A DNA stretch of 64,000 nt from Patescibacteria group bacterium (lineage in GTDB: Bacteria; Patescibacteriota; Patescibacteriia; UBA9934). Both the position numbers and the translations under genes were made by a program. Below, one piece after another: positions 38,035 through 48,648 of this stretch (its first letter is position 1; every line of letters starts with the position of its first letter). The notes under the pieces are model-generated. The model was not told the DNA's origin, made no database searches, and saw only the letters and a program-made list of their open reading frames with translations. The stretch is taken from assembly GCA_041666145.1 (NCBI GenBank), contig JBAYHK010000001.1:67810-131809 (forward strand), written 5' to 3'.

Positions 38035-40920
38035 TTATTGTATTGCTGGAATGCTTGTTGATACTGGTGTCGTAACAGTGACGAGAGCAGGATTTGCTTC
38101 GACGGTTGTGCCGTCTGGCTTCGATGCTCTGGCGGTGAGTTGATATTCCGCGTTGCTTCCCATGACCCAGTTTATTGTGGTTATCGCGGTTGGATTTGTG
38201 GTGTTGCCAATGACCGTTGTTTCGCCAGTCCAGAGATTTTTGGCGGTTACCTCAAGATAGGTAATGTCTGAAGCACTCGGAACCTCGATAATTACCATGT
38301 AAGTAGCCCCGGTATTTTCGATGGTTTGATTCGGGAACGGATTTGTTATGTGAAATGCCGCTTCATTTCCTGATGATTCAGACACTGAAATCGACACAGC
38401 GTCTTCGCCTTTGTTTTCGTTGCTGTCGTAAATGGTGGCGGTGAGCGTGTGCATTCCGGTTGTGACCCATGTTGGGAGCGTGAGTGTATTACCATTCATG
38501 CTTTCTCCAGTCGCAATGTAAGCGCCGTCAATTGCATAGTCGACTCGTGAGAACGATCCATGAACTTCGCTTTCAAGTTCTGTTGTGAATGTTCTGCCAA
38601 GAGATTGATTATTATTCGGCGATCGGAATCGAATTGAAGGTGCCGAATCTGCAGTATGCGAATCGTCGTATTCGGTTGGGATGTCTTTGCAGGTTATGAA
38701 TTCAGTCTCGCCATCTTTAAGTGACGCATTGTGATTCGTGATCCATGCTTGAACCGCATCTTCCCATGGTTGATAGTACGAATCTGATTTTGGATCTGTC
38801 GGAACCTCGCCTCGAGGGTCGTCTTTGTTTACGTACGTAAGAATTGTGTGATATTCGCCGCATGTTTTGGTTTCTCTGTAGCGTTCCGGTGTATATTCTG
38901 TGGCTAATTTCCCGCTTGTGGAATCGATGGTGTATGTGGTTGTTGGAATGTTTCCATCGAGCATCGCCTTGCCGGTCATGTCGATTGTTGGCGTTGGAAA
39001 GTTTTCGACCGGCGTTCCTTCAAGCGCTTTCTGCATGTATTCCTTCCAGATTGGCGCAGCAATAAATACAGCTTCTGCATTTTTGTTCATTTGTGTACCG
39101 TCCGTATTTCCCACCCAGACGCTTGTGGCGAGTGACGGTGTGTAGCCCATGGTCCACGCATCATTGAAATCGTTTGTGGTTCCGGTTTTTGCTGCCACTG
39201 GTCGGCCTCCAAGCTGAAGTGCGCTTCCGGTTCCGAAAATGTATGCACGGGCATTATTGTCGGAAAGAACATTGCTTACTGTTGCGGCAAGATTTGATGA
39301 GATGGCCTGATTGCCAAGATGTTCTTCCGCCTTCCATTCTTGGAGCACGACACCCTTCGGATCTTCAACCTTAAGGATTCCGGTTGTTTCCTGCTGTAAT
39401 CCATTGTTTGCAAAGGTTCCGTATGCACGAAGATGGTCTGCCATTGTGACTTCCGCGCCGCCAAGAACAAGCGAGAGACCGAAGCGAGATCGGTCGCCGA
39501 GCGTGGTGTATCCCATGCGTTCTGCAAATGTTATTGCGCTATCGATACCAACCAGATACATGGTTTTTACCGCTGGAATGTTTAACGATCCTTGAAGTGC
39601 CTTTCGCATGGTGACGTATCCATGCTCGCCATTGTCGTAGTTTCTTGGTGAGTACACGCCGGTTTCTGTGGAGAATGTAGTATTTACGTCCCAAAGAATT
39701 GAATTTGGAGTGTAGCCCTTTTCCCATGCTGCAGCGTAGATAATCGGTTTCATACTGCTGCCAGGTTGGAGCGGCTGTTGCGTGACATTCACCTGTCCTT
39801 GGATTTCGTCATTGTTGTAGTCGACGCTGCCTACCATGGCGAGAATTTGTCCGGTCTTTGGGTCGATCGAAAGAAGACCAGCGTTATTGAATCCGTATAC
39901 TTCTCCCTTCCCATCGATTCCAGTTGCTATTGCCGCTTCTGCTGCCATCTGTTTTTCGTAGTCGAGCGTGGTGATGACTTTAAGTCCACCAGTTTCCACT
40001 TCGCGTTCCGTGTATTCGCTTTCAAGCTGTTCTTTTACCCAGAGAACGAAGTGTGGCGCGGTAATGTTGCTCAGTTTTACGACGACTGGAGTTTCTTGGG
40101 CGAGCGCTGCAGCAACTTCGTCTGATGTGGCGTATCCGAGTTCTCCCATGTTTGTCAGGATCCAATTGCGCCGTGCCTTGAGGAGCTCTGGGTCGCGAAG
40201 ATATCGGCTTGGCTGTTTTGGCATCGCAGCAAGCGTTGCGGACTCTGCAAGTGTTAATTGCGAAACTGTTTTTCCGAAATATGCCTGACTTGCAGACTCG
40301 ACGCCGTAATTTGTAGATCCGTATCCGATTTGGTTGAGATAAAGCTCGAGGATCTGGTCTTTTGTGAACTTGTCTTCGACTGCATAAGACAAGAGAACCT
40401 CTTTGATTTTTCTTGTATATGTTTTATCGAGCGTCAAAATGACGTTTCTGACCATCTGTTGCGTAAGTGTCGAGGCGCCTTGTGCCTTGCAGCCGCATTT
40501 GATGTCTTCGTAGATTGATCTGGCGATGCTGAGATAGTTAATTCCGTGGTGGTTATAGAATTGGCGATCTTCTGCGGTGATTGTTGCGTTGATAAGGGTT
40601 TGTGGCATCGAAGAAATGGGGACAATGGTCCGTTTTTCGTTTTCCGCGATTTCGTAGAGGAGATGTTCACCAGTTCGGTCGAAGATTTTTGTGGATTGTG
40701 CGACATCGCGATTATTGATGTCGTCGGCGCTTGGAAGTGTGCTCGCGAACCAGAGATATCCAAGAAAAATGACGAGCGCGCCAAGAAGCCCAACGGCAAT
40801 AAGGCCGAGGAGAAGGTTTTTGAAGAGTGATCCGCCGGTAATAGCTTTTACTCGATGAATGATCGCGGCAATAAAGCGATTCTTATGAAGCGTCGATCGA
40901 TAATGTCCGTATTGTTGCAT
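38035..40920 (-). CDS. Class A penicillin-binding protein (PBP1A; GT51 transglycosylase + transpeptidase) with ~300 aa C-terminal extension
   Basis: N-terminal TM. GT51 motifs (EDRQFYNHHGIN, GASTLTQQ). Transpeptidase motifs SxxK (SSMKP), SLN and KTGT. Start at MQQYGHY. Confidence 0.9.
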   Translation of the reverse strand: MQQYGHYRSTLHKNRFIAAIIHRVKAITGGSLFKNLLLGLIAVGLLGALVIFLGYLWFASTLPSADDINNRDVAQSTKIFDRTGEHLLYEIAENEKRTIVPISSMPQTLINATITAEDRQFYNHHGINYLSIARSIYEDIKCGCKAQGASTLTQQMVRNVILTLDKTYTRKIKEVLLSYAVEDKFTKDQILELYLNQIGYGSTNYGVESASQAYFGKTVSQLTLAESATLAAMPKQPSRYLRDPELLKARRNWILTNMGELGYATSDEVAAALAQETPVVVKLSNITAPHFVLWVKEQLESEYTEREVETGGLKVITTLDYEKQMAAEAAIATGIDGKGEVYGFNNAGLLSIDPKTGQILAMVGSVDYNNDEIQGQVNVTQQPLQPGSSMKPIIYAAAWEKGYTPNSILWDVNTTFSTETGVYSPRNYDNGEHGYVTMRKALQGSLNIPAVKTMYLVGIDSAITFAERMGYTTLGDRSRFGLSLVLGGAEVTMADHLRAYGTFANNGLQQETTGILKVEDPKGVVLQEWKAEEHLGNQAISSNLAATVSNVLSDNNARAYIFGTGSALQLGGRPVAAKTGTTNDFNDAWTMGYTPSLATSVWVGNTDGTQMNKNAEAVFIAAPIWKEYMQKALEGTPVENFPTPTIDMTGKAMLDGNIPTTTYTIDSTSGKLATEYTPERYRETKTCGEYHTILTYVNKDDPRGEVPTDPKSDSYYQPWEDAVQAWITNHNASLKDGETEFITCKDIPTEYDDSHTADSAPSIRFRSPNNNQSLGRTFTTELESEVHGSFSRVDYAIDGAYIATGESMNGNTLTLPTWVTTGMHTLTATIYDSNENKGEDAVSISVSESSGNEAAFHITNPFPNQTIENTGATYMVIIEVPSASDITYLEVTAKNLWTGETTVIGNTTNPTAITTINWVMGSNAEYQLTARASKPDGTTVEANPALVTVTTPVSTSIPAIQ

Positions 40921-41110
40921 AGAATCCTTTGAAAATTTTTCGTTATTTGCATGATACGTCGACCTTGAAAAAGTCGCAAAAAATGCCACCGTAAAAATGG
41001 CTAATATTGGCGAAAAAACGTTGAAAACGCGTGACAAAAAGGCTAAAAAATGGTATCATTCTTTGCGTGAAATACTTCGGCGCGAGCCGATGTTTTTATT
41101 TCCGAGCCCT

Positions 41111-41626
41111 ATGAAGAATTCTCTTAAAACTTTGGTCAAGCGTTCGCCGTTTGAGGTTGCTACTCTTGGCGCCATTGTTGCCCTTAGCCTTTTCTTCGTG
41201 CTCCCAACTGCTGCCCGAGCTACTGCCGATGCTTTTGTTGTGACTCGTGCAACGGAACTTGAAGTCGCTGCAGCACAAAATAGACATAAGCCGTTTGGTG
41301 CGCTTCCGGTTGCTGGTTTGGGTGACCCAACATATACAATGACCGTGACTGCGACTGCCTATAATAGCGACCCTGCACAAACAGACGACACGCCGTTCAT
41401 TACGGCTTCTGGAACTCATGTTCGTCAGGGTGTTCTTGCGGCAAACTTCTTGCCAATCGGTACCTTGGTTAAAATCCCGTCACATTTTGGAGACCAGATT
41501 TTTATCGTGGAAGACCGTATGAATCCACGATATGACAAGCGTATCGACATTTGGATGGAAGAGGGCCCAGAGGCCCGTCAGTTCGGTGTTCGAACGGTTG
41601 CCATTGAAGTCTATAAAGCGAAATAA
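41111..41626 (+). CDS. 3D-domain cell-wall-binding protein (MltA/YabE-like)
   Basis: TATAYNSDPAQTDDTPFITASG...IVEDRMNPRYDKRIDIWM is the 3D domain. N-terminal TM anchor. Confidence 0.75.
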   Translation: MKNSLKTLVKRSPFEVATLGAIVALSLFFVLPTAARATADAFVVTRATELEVAAAQNRHKPFGALPVAGLGDPTYTMTVTATAYNSDPAQTDDTPFITASGTHVRQGVLAANFLPIGTLVKIPSHFGDQIFIVEDRMNPRYDKRIDIWMEEGPEARQFGVRTVAIEVYKAK

Positions 41627-41713
41627 TCATTCAATCACCCCGCGAGCAATCGTGGGGTGATTGTTTTTTTGAAGCCTTTTCCAATCCTCGATTTCCCATT
41701 ATGCTCCTGACAT

Positions 41714-42256
41714 ATGAAGAATATCTTTGTCTCTTTGGTTCTTGGCGTTCTTGTTTTGACCGGCGCCGGTTGTGCGGCATCCGGAGTGCTTTCATCACTA
41801 TCGGGAGATTCGAATGTTGAGGGGAAGTGGAAGTTGGCGTTTGACCTTCCAGAAGGATGGGCGATGGTAAAAGAATATGACGAGCCTCGAACAGATGCGG
41901 TAACGCCTTCTCAAGAAATAACGCACGACATCTCTACGGTCATCCTTCAAAATACAAGCAAGGCGATTGTTGAGGGTGGGCTGCCAAAGGATTCCGTTGC
42001 TCCAGATACGTACGTTACATCGGCGTACACCATGATTCGCGTTGATCGTCTTGATCCGCGACGAGTTATCTCGAAGGATGCAGAAGACCTTGGAAACGGC
42101 TTTTCTGTTGCAGAGGGAAAGTATTATTTTCAGTCATCAACCGGAGAGAAGTATCAATTTGTTGTAACGAACAATGGAGGTAGCGAAGAAACAGCGAAGG
42201 CGATTATTCTCTCTGCAAAAGTCGTGACTGTTTTTACTGACGTGAAGGCGAACTAA
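41714..42256 (+). CDS. Putative lipoprotein
   Basis: Signal peptide ending LTGAGC. Confidence 0.5.
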   Translation: MKNIFVSLVLGVLVLTGAGCAASGVLSSLSGDSNVEGKWKLAFDLPEGWAMVKEYDEPRTDAVTPSQEITHDISTVILQNTSKAIVEGGLPKDSVAPDTYVTSAYTMIRVDRLDPRRVISKDAEDLGNGFSVAEGKYYFQSSTGEKYQFVVTNNGGSEETAKAIILSAKVVTVFTDVKAN

Positions 42257-42352
42257 GTTAGTCACTAACTTAGTTTCGCGTGTTTCTAGCCCCGTGCCAC
42301 GGCACGATTCTGAGACGATGAAAAAAATACCTCGATTGCTCGAGGTATTTTT

Positions 42353-42428
42353 TTGGAGGCCGTGGCCAGAGTCGAACCGGCGAATCGCGGTTTTGCAGAC
42401 CGCTGTGTTAACCACTTCACCACACGGC
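42353..42428 (-). tRNA. tRNA-Cys (anticodon GCA)
   Basis: Reverse complement reads GGCCGTGTGGTGAAGTGGTTAACACAGCGGTCTGCAAAACCGCGATTCGCCGGTTCGACTCTGGCCACGGCCTCCA. Discriminator U. Terminator hairpin aaaatacctcgattgctcgaggtatttt immediately 3'. Confidence 0.85.
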
Positions 42429-42497
42429 CAAAAGTTGCGAAGAGAATGTATCAGAAAGGTGTGTTTCAGGCAAAAATCCTTACGATATACTTGGCGC

Positions 42498-44273
42498 ATG
42501 AAAAAGGAGGGGAAGAGACTTTCATGGGCGGTATTTTGGTCTATTGTCGGCCCAGCATTTCTTGGAACGCGATGGCGATATGCGCTCATTATATTTTGTA
42601 TTGTTGTTACTGCGCTTGCTCAGGTTGCCGAGCCGGTACTTTTTGGAAGGATTATTGATGAGATCGGGTTCGGAACGGCAACATTACTCGAGCGCGTCAC
42701 CCCGATACTTCTTTTTTGGGTCAGTGCTTTTGTAGTGAAAATTGTTGTTGGGCAGGGTGCTATGTGGTTGAGCTGGGAAGCTGGAAATGTTGTCGACCTT
42801 GCATTCCTTCGTATTATTTTGCGTCGGATGATTTTTTGGGATCCGGATCGTTTTGGCAAGGAATCGAGTGGGGCGATTGCAAAAAGAGTAGACCAGGTCT
42901 GGGACAAGATGGATGATTTTTCAGGAAGAATGCTCGTTGACGTGTTGCCGCAGGTTATAGGATTTGTAGCAGTTTTTATTGCAGGAATGGTGATTAATTG
43001 GAAGATGACGCTTGCATCGCTTGTGGTCATTCCTATTATCGCTCTTGTGACATTGGTTGTTTATACAAGGACGCATGAGAAGCAAGAAAAGTTGGCCGTC
43101 TTTTGGGAGGGGCTTTCCGCACAAGTTTATGAGACCTTGTCGAACATTCTTCCGATCAAGATTTTTTCTGGTGAAGAACGAGTGTTAAAAGATCTTGATT
43201 CGCGTGCTGAAAAAGTAATTCGACAACAGAATGAGCTTAATCGTGTTTGGGGAGCTTTGGAAACTGGATCGGGGCTTCTTCGGCTTTGCGCACGGATCAT
43301 TGTTATTGGTTTTGGTATTTATCTTATTAGCAATGGGGAGATCACGCTTGGTGTTCTTACGACGTTCCTGGGGATGCTTAATCAAATGCTTTCTCCATTT
43401 GATTATCTTTTGGCTGATGTTTTACGAAGAGCGCGAAAAATTCAAGGAGCCTTTGGACAGTTGTCGAAAGACTGGGATGAAAAGAATCTTATTGAAGAAG
43501 TTCCTTCGCCGGTGCGACTTCAAAATGCGGCAGGAGCGATTTCGTTTAAAAATGTTTCGTATACATATCCCGGAAAGTCGCAGTATGCATTGAGGAATAT
43601 TTCATTGACTGTTCCTGCTGGAAAGAGCTTGGCTCTGGTTGGTCGATCGGGAAGTGGAAAGTCGACGTTGGTAAAGTTTGTGAATCGTTTCTTGGATCCG
43701 TTGTCTGGAGCTGTCACTATTGACGGCGTTGATCTGCGACGGGCGAAGATTCAAGATGTTCGTCGATCGGTTGGTGTTGTGCAACAAGATACGGTGTTAT
43801 TCAATGACACGATTTTTAATAATATTCGTTTCGCGAATCCGAAGGCGACGAGGAAAGAGATTGAGGCGGCGTGTAAATCAGCCCAAGCGCATGAGTTTAT
43901 TTTGAAATTGCCAAAGGGATATAACACGCTGGTCGGAGAACGCGGTGTGAAGCTTTCTGGTGGCGAACGTCAGCGATTAAGTCTTGCTCGTGTATTCTTG
44001 GCAGATCCCCCAATCTTGATTCTTGATGAGTCGACAAGTGCGCTCGATTCTGAAACAGAAGCGAATGTGCAAGGGGCGCTCGCGAAGGCGATGAAGCAAC
44101 GAACAACGATTGTGATCGCGCATCGATTGTCGACGGTGTATTCGGCGGATAGGATTGTTGTGCTTGATCAGGGAAGGATTGTTGAGCAGGGAACACACGA
44201 AGAATTGCTGAATGACGGTGGGGTTTATGACAAACTTTGGCGGCTGCAGTCAGGCGGATATTTGCCGGAATAA
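42498..44273 (+). CDS. ABC exporter, fused permease/ATPase (MsbA-like)
   Basis: 6 TM N-domain. Walker A GRSGSGKST. Signature LSGGERQRLSLAR. Walker B ILILDE. The ORF-track N-terminal extension overlaps tRNA-Cys and is rejected. Confidence 0.9.
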   Translation: MKKEGKRLSWAVFWSIVGPAFLGTRWRYALIIFCIVVTALAQVAEPVLFGRIIDEIGFGTATLLERVTPILLFWVSAFVVKIVVGQGAMWLSWEAGNVVDLAFLRIILRRMIFWDPDRFGKESSGAIAKRVDQVWDKMDDFSGRMLVDVLPQVIGFVAVFIAGMVINWKMTLASLVVIPIIALVTLVVYTRTHEKQEKLAVFWEGLSAQVYETLSNILPIKIFSGEERVLKDLDSRAEKVIRQQNELNRVWGALETGSGLLRLCARIIVIGFGIYLISNGEITLGVLTTFLGMLNQMLSPFDYLLADVLRRARKIQGAFGQLSKDWDEKNLIEEVPSPVRLQNAAGAISFKNVSYTYPGKSQYALRNISLTVPAGKSLALVGRSGSGKSTLVKFVNRFLDPLSGAVTIDGVDLRRAKIQDVRRSVGVVQQDTVLFNDTIFNNIRFANPKATRKEIEAACKSAQAHEFILKLPKGYNTLVGERGVKLSGGERQRLSLARVFLADPPILILDESTSALDSETEANVQGALAKAMKQRTTIVIAHRLSTVYSADRIVVLDQGRIVEQGTHEELLNDGGVYDKLWRLQSGGYLPE

Positions 44274-44340
44274 TGAAGAAGGTTAGGAAAAATATCATCA
44301 AAGACTTGATGATATTTTTGTTGTAGTATGCAAAGTACTT

Positions 44341-46068
44341 ATGCTGCAAATCGATGCAATCGACATTCTCAAAACTGGCGCAAATGTTTTTCTTACCGGC
44401 GAACCTGGCGCTGGGAAAAGTCATACCGTTCGTGAATACGTGAAATATCTTCGCGCTCATGATGTTTCGATTGCGCTAACAGCCTCGACTGGAATTGCTG
44501 CAACACACATCGGTGGTATGACGATTCATTCGTGGAGTGGAATTGGAATTCGAAAATTCATTACACGGCGTGAATGCAAGGAGCTTGCAACGAACAAGAA
44601 TCTTCGTCGACGTGTTTGCAATGCATCGGTACTCATCATTGACGAGATTTCAATGCTTGATGCTGCGACGATTGATGCAATCGACATGATTTGCCGCGTG
44701 CTTCGAGAAGATGATCGTCCGTTTGGTGGTGTGCAGGTGGTTTTCGTTGGTGACTTTTTTCAGTTACCGCCAGTTTCTCGTCAGGGCGAGGCGCCAACAA
44801 GATTCGCTTTCGATTCTCGTGCCTGGGCCGATGTTGATCCAACGGTTTGTTATCTTTCAGAACAATATCGGCAGGAAGACCCCGCATTTCTTGAAATTCT
44901 TTCTGCGCTTCGTTCCGGCACCATCGACCAAGAACATGCTGATCGACTGCATGCCCGTCGACTCACAACAGATTCGCATGACATCACAAAGCTGTATTCG
45001 CATAACATCGATGTTGATCAGATGAATACCAAGAAATTGCGCACGCTTCTTGGAAAAGAAAAAACATATACCATGACAAGTTCTGGAAATCCAAAGCTTG
45101 TTGAACAAATGAAGCGCGGGTGCCTTTCTCCGGAAAAGCTTGTATTGAGAATTGGCGCTCGAGTGATGTTTACACGAAATAATCCTATCGAAGGGTATGT
45201 GAATGGGTCGCTTGGGGACGTGGTCGACTATGACCAAGAAACAAAGTTTCCGATCGTTCAATTGACGTCTGGTCGTGTGATTACTGCCGAGCCTGGAATG
45301 TGGAGCGTTGAAATTGACGGAACTCCGCTAGCGACTCTTCGTCAGCTTCCGCTTCGGCTCGCCTGGGCAATGACCGTGCATAAAAGTCAGGGCATGACGC
45401 TCGATTCCGCGTTTATTGATCTTGGCCAGGCCTTTGCGTATGGGCAGGGATATGTGGCGCTTTCTCGGGTTCGATCGCTTGAAGGACTTTTTCTTGGCGG
45501 TTTGAATTCTCGAGCGCTAGAAGTTGATCCTGTTGTTTTGCGAAACGACGAAATTTTTCGTACAAAATCTCTTGCGACTGAATCGGCATTTTCGTCTCGT
45601 CTTGCAGAAGACCGCGCCGAACGCGCGCTTGAGTTTATTCGAGCGTGTGGCGGAAAGAAGGAGGCGAGAGTTATTGAAACCATCGATGCCTTATCTGCTT
45701 ACTTTCCAACGAAGCCGGCAAAGAAAGCGAAAGAGCCGAAGTGGGCACCAACAGTCGCGCTCATCATTGAAGGAAAATCGATCATGCAAGCTGCAAAGGA
45801 ACGCGCTCGAACCGTTGGAACTATCGTCGACCATCTTGCGGAAGCTCAATTGCTCGAAAAGCTGCCGAGTAGTGCATTCGATCGATTACGCGACGCAGCA
45901 AAAGACATTTCAAATGTTGTTCATCCGGTTATGCGTGAATTAAAAACAAAAGGCCGATTTTTGCGGCCAGTGTTTGATGCATTCCAGGGAAAATATTCGT
46001 ACGATGAGCTGAGAATCGCGCAGTGGTTGTTTGACGAGGAGAAAGGGAAGAAGAAAAAGTCAGTTTAA
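44341..46068 (+). CDS. PIF1/RecD-like 5'-3' DNA helicase (AAA_30 family)
   Basis: Walker A GEPGAGKS. VLIIDEISM. DFFQLPPV motif. C-terminal UvrD_C-like domain. Confidence 0.8.
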   Translation: MLQIDAIDILKTGANVFLTGEPGAGKSHTVREYVKYLRAHDVSIALTASTGIAATHIGGMTIHSWSGIGIRKFITRRECKELATNKNLRRRVCNASVLIIDEISMLDAATIDAIDMICRVLREDDRPFGGVQVVFVGDFFQLPPVSRQGEAPTRFAFDSRAWADVDPTVCYLSEQYRQEDPAFLEILSALRSGTIDQEHADRLHARRLTTDSHDITKLYSHNIDVDQMNTKKLRTLLGKEKTYTMTSSGNPKLVEQMKRGCLSPEKLVLRIGARVMFTRNNPIEGYVNGSLGDVVDYDQETKFPIVQLTSGRVITAEPGMWSVEIDGTPLATLRQLPLRLAWAMTVHKSQGMTLDSAFIDLGQAFAYGQGYVALSRVRSLEGLFLGGLNSRALEVDPVVLRNDEIFRTKSLATESAFSSRLAEDRAERALEFIRACGGKKEARVIETIDALSAYFPTKPAKKAKEPKWAPTVALIIEGKSIMQAAKERARTVGTIVDHLAEAQLLEKLPSSAFDRLRDAAKDISNVVHPVMRELKTKGRFLRPVFDAFQGKYSYDELRIAQWLFDEEKGKKKKSV

Positions 46069-46523
46069 AGTTCGATTGTTGCATTTTTTGCGGTGACATT
46101 TCCAGAAAGGACTTCGCGGACATGATCGCTACACTGTTCGAGGTATGCGCGAAAATGCGGAGAGAGATTGAGTTTGAGCGCATCGTCGAACGTGAACCAG
46201 TCAAGCCGCTGCCCTTCACTTGCGAGACGAACTTGGCTGTACTCCGTCTTGTTGAGGTGGGCCGCGAATCGATGGACGACTTTTCTGTCTGTATACACGT
46301 CTATCCCTATTGATTCGAGCTTGCCTGGCACGATGTCGAGCTCTTCTTTAAGCTCTCTAAATGCTGCATTGAGCGCGGATTCATTTTCTTCAATCCCTCC
46401 ACCTGGCATATTCCAACAATTTGGATATGGAATATTGGGATTGTTGTCGCGTTGAACGAGTACAAACTTTTTTTCAAAAATGACGAAAACTTTGGCTCCC
46501 GGCTTGGCCATATTAGCTTTCAA
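46065..46523 (-). CDS. NUDIX hydrolase
   Basis: Nudix box GGGIEENESALNAAFRELKEELDI. Confidence 0.85.
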   Translation of the reverse strand: MKANMAKPGAKVFVIFEKKFVLVQRDNNPNIPYPNCWNMPGGGIEENESALNAAFRELKEELDIVPGKLESIGIDVYTDRKVVHRFAAHLNKTEYSQVRLASEGQRLDWFTFDDALKLNLSPHFRAYLEQCSDHVREVLSGNVTAKNATIEL

Positions 46524-46923
46524 GCAAAATTCGCATTACAACGGGCAGATCCATGGCACAGAGATTTTTTGGAATGATTGAGGCGCAGCGAGAAACGATT
46601 GAATGGTCCATTGCCGCGATGAGCTGTTCGCGATTTACTTCTGGGACGCAGACCGTGACAACGGTGAAGCCCTCTTTTTTTAATGCGAGTTCAATTCGTT
46701 TTGAAACTTTTTTTCCGAGCGCAGAAAGCTGTGAAGCCTTGAGTGCATCAAAGTCGTTCTGTTCCGGAACTGTTACGCGGATATCGTCGATTTCCTCTAC
46801 GTTTCGATTGAATGCCGAAAGAATCCGAGCGCGTTCAGTATTTGTGAGCACAATGAGTGTTTTTTCTGTGAATGGCGAATAGTGCTCCGAGAACTCCATA
46901 TACGCAGATTTTAGCACGATCAT
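46513..46923 (-). CDS. Host-attachment-protein family (PF10116-like, bacterial eRF1-like fold) protein
   Basis: KTLIVLTNTERARIL resembles the family N-terminal wIVvaDgsrARlf motif. Start chosen at MIVLKSAY. Assignment tentative. Confidence 0.45.
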   Translation of the reverse strand: MIVLKSAYMEFSEHYSPFTEKTLIVLTNTERARILSAFNRNVEEIDDIRVTVPEQNDFDALKASQLSALGKKVSKRIELALKKEGFTVVTVCVPEVNREQLIAAMDHSIVSRCASIIPKNLCAMDLPVVMRILLES

Positions 46924-47647
46924 GATAAAATACCTGCATATGTTAGGAGGAGTTTGGAGGAAATTGCGAGAAAATGTGCGAGACGTTGTTTTTGGCTTAG
47001 AAGATAGCCTTGTTTCGACGTTGGGAACCATTACGGGGGTTGCGGTCGGTACGCATGACGTTTTTTACGTTGTTCTTACCGGCGTGGTTTTGGTCTTTGT
47101 TGAGGCCATTTCTATGGCGGCGGGGAGCTATTTGTCATCAAAATCAGCTTATGAGCTTTATCGCGAAAGGGCGAAACAAGACCATTCCCGAGTTTTACAT
47201 GAACGCGTTTCTGATAAAGAGTCACTTGCGGAGCTTTTTTTGCGAAAAGGATTTTCAAAACAAGACACCGCTTTTGCGGTCGAGGCTATTGGTAGGGAGC
47301 GAGCATTATGGTTGAAGGAAGTCGCACGTTGTGAGTACCGTCACACACCAAATCCGAGCGCAACACCGATTACCGCAGGGATATTCATGGGGGGCTTTTA
47401 TCTTTTGGGTGGATTTTTTACGTTTTTGCCGTATCTTTTTGTTTCAATTGAAATTGCAATTCCGCTGACTGTCGTTGCCACGCTTATTGCGCTTTTCTTT
47501 GTTGGCGCACTTAAGGCAAAACTTACGGGAGTGAACGTTTTACGTTCCGGATTTGAAATGTTTGCCGTTTCTACGGCGGCCGCGGCCATTGGTTATGGTC
47601 TTGGAGCTTTCGTTCCGATGGCATTTCACGCTGTAGCAGCTATGTAG
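46922..47647 (+). CDS. VIT1/CCC1-family iron/manganese transporter
   Basis: GLEDSLVSTLGTITGVAVGT plus C-terminal TM bundle. Confidence 0.75.
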   Translation: MIKYLHMLGGVWRKLRENVRDVVFGLEDSLVSTLGTITGVAVGTHDVFYVVLTGVVLVFVEAISMAAGSYLSSKSAYELYRERAKQDHSRVLHERVSDKESLAELFLRKGFSKQDTAFAVEAIGRERALWLKEVARCEYRHTPNPSATPITAGIFMGGFYLLGGFFTFLPYLFVSIEIAIPLTVVATLIALFFVGALKAKLTGVNVLRSGFEMFAVSTAAAAIGYGLGAFVPMAFHAVAAM

Positions 47648-47650
47648 TTT

Positions 47651-48646
47651 ATGCGAATGTCGACGTTAAGAAAAAAAACCGCACCAGAATTTCCAGATGG
47701 ACTTACTTGGATGAATTCTGGCGTTCGAACCATGGCGGCGCTTCGGGGCAAGCCTGTTCTTGTTGATCTTTGGACGTATTCCTGTGTGAACTGCGTTCGT
47801 TCGGTGCCACGAATTCAAATGTGGCATGAAAAATATAAAAAAGCTGGACTAACAGTTATTGGCATTCATTCTCCGGAGTTTGATTTTGAAAAAGATGAAA
47901 AGAATGTCGCTCGTGCCATCTCTGCGCTTGGAATAACGTATCCCGTTGTTCTTGATCCGGAATTCATAATGTGGGAAGGCTATTCAAATAAATACTGGCC
48001 GCACACGTTTCTCATCGACCATCACGGCGCGATTGTTTACGATCATGCCGGAGAAGGCGCGGCGAGCGAAACGGAACAGGCAATTGTGTCTGCGCTCCAG
48101 GCTGTTGGCGCAACAAAGCTTCCGCCGATTGCTCCAGAAGTGTCGCTGCATGACGGTTCTTGCTATCGACCAACGCCAGAACTTTATCTTGGATATCTTC
48201 GTGGCAGCATTGGAAACGCAGTCAATGTATTACCAGAAACTGAAGAGGCTCTTACTGATTCCGGCAAACATGAAGACGACATTCCTTATCTTCATGGCCA
48301 TTGGAGAATTTCCGGTGAATATATTGAACATACGCGAAGTCTTCCTGTTGCATCTGAATATATTGCGCTGAAATATCATGCATTTTCTGTAAACCTTGTT
48401 CTTGGAGCGCTCGATGATCGCGAAGTTGTTGTCGACGTGACGTTGGATGGAGCGCCGATTCCTGCGAATATGGCGGGTAAGGACGTTGTTATTGATCGTT
48501 CTGGAAACACGCATCTTCATGTCTCCGTGCACCGCATGTACAACATTATTCACGCAGACAATTACCACAACGCCGCTCTTAAGCTTTTGGTGAAAAATGC
48601 GGGAGTGAAATGTTATGTGTTTACTTTTGGTGGCTGTAAAGCGTAA
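47651..48646 (+). CDS. Thioredoxin-fold thiol:disulfide oxidoreductase (TlpA/DipZ-like) with C-terminal beta-domain
   Basis: WTYSCVNC CxxC in a redoxin-type context (GKPVLVDLWTYSCVNCVRSVP). About 150 aa extra C-terminal domain. Confidence 0.7.
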   Translation: MRMSTLRKKTAPEFPDGLTWMNSGVRTMAALRGKPVLVDLWTYSCVNCVRSVPRIQMWHEKYKKAGLTVIGIHSPEFDFEKDEKNVARAISALGITYPVVLDPEFIMWEGYSNKYWPHTFLIDHHGAIVYDHAGEGAASETEQAIVSALQAVGATKLPPIAPEVSLHDGSCYRPTPELYLGYLRGSIGNAVNVLPETEEALTDSGKHEDDIPYLHGHWRISGEYIEHTRSLPVASEYIALKYHAFSVNLVLGALDDREVVVDVTLDGAPIPANMAGKDVVIDRSGNTHLHVSVHRMYNIIHADNYHNAALKLLVKNAGVKCYVFTFGGCKA

Positions 48647-48648
48647 TT

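Noticed and set aside
42294-42497. N-terminal 68-codon extension of the ABC exporter ORF
   Set aside because: Overlaps tRNA-Cys and its terminator. A good start (ATGAAAAAGGAGGGG...) exists at 42498.
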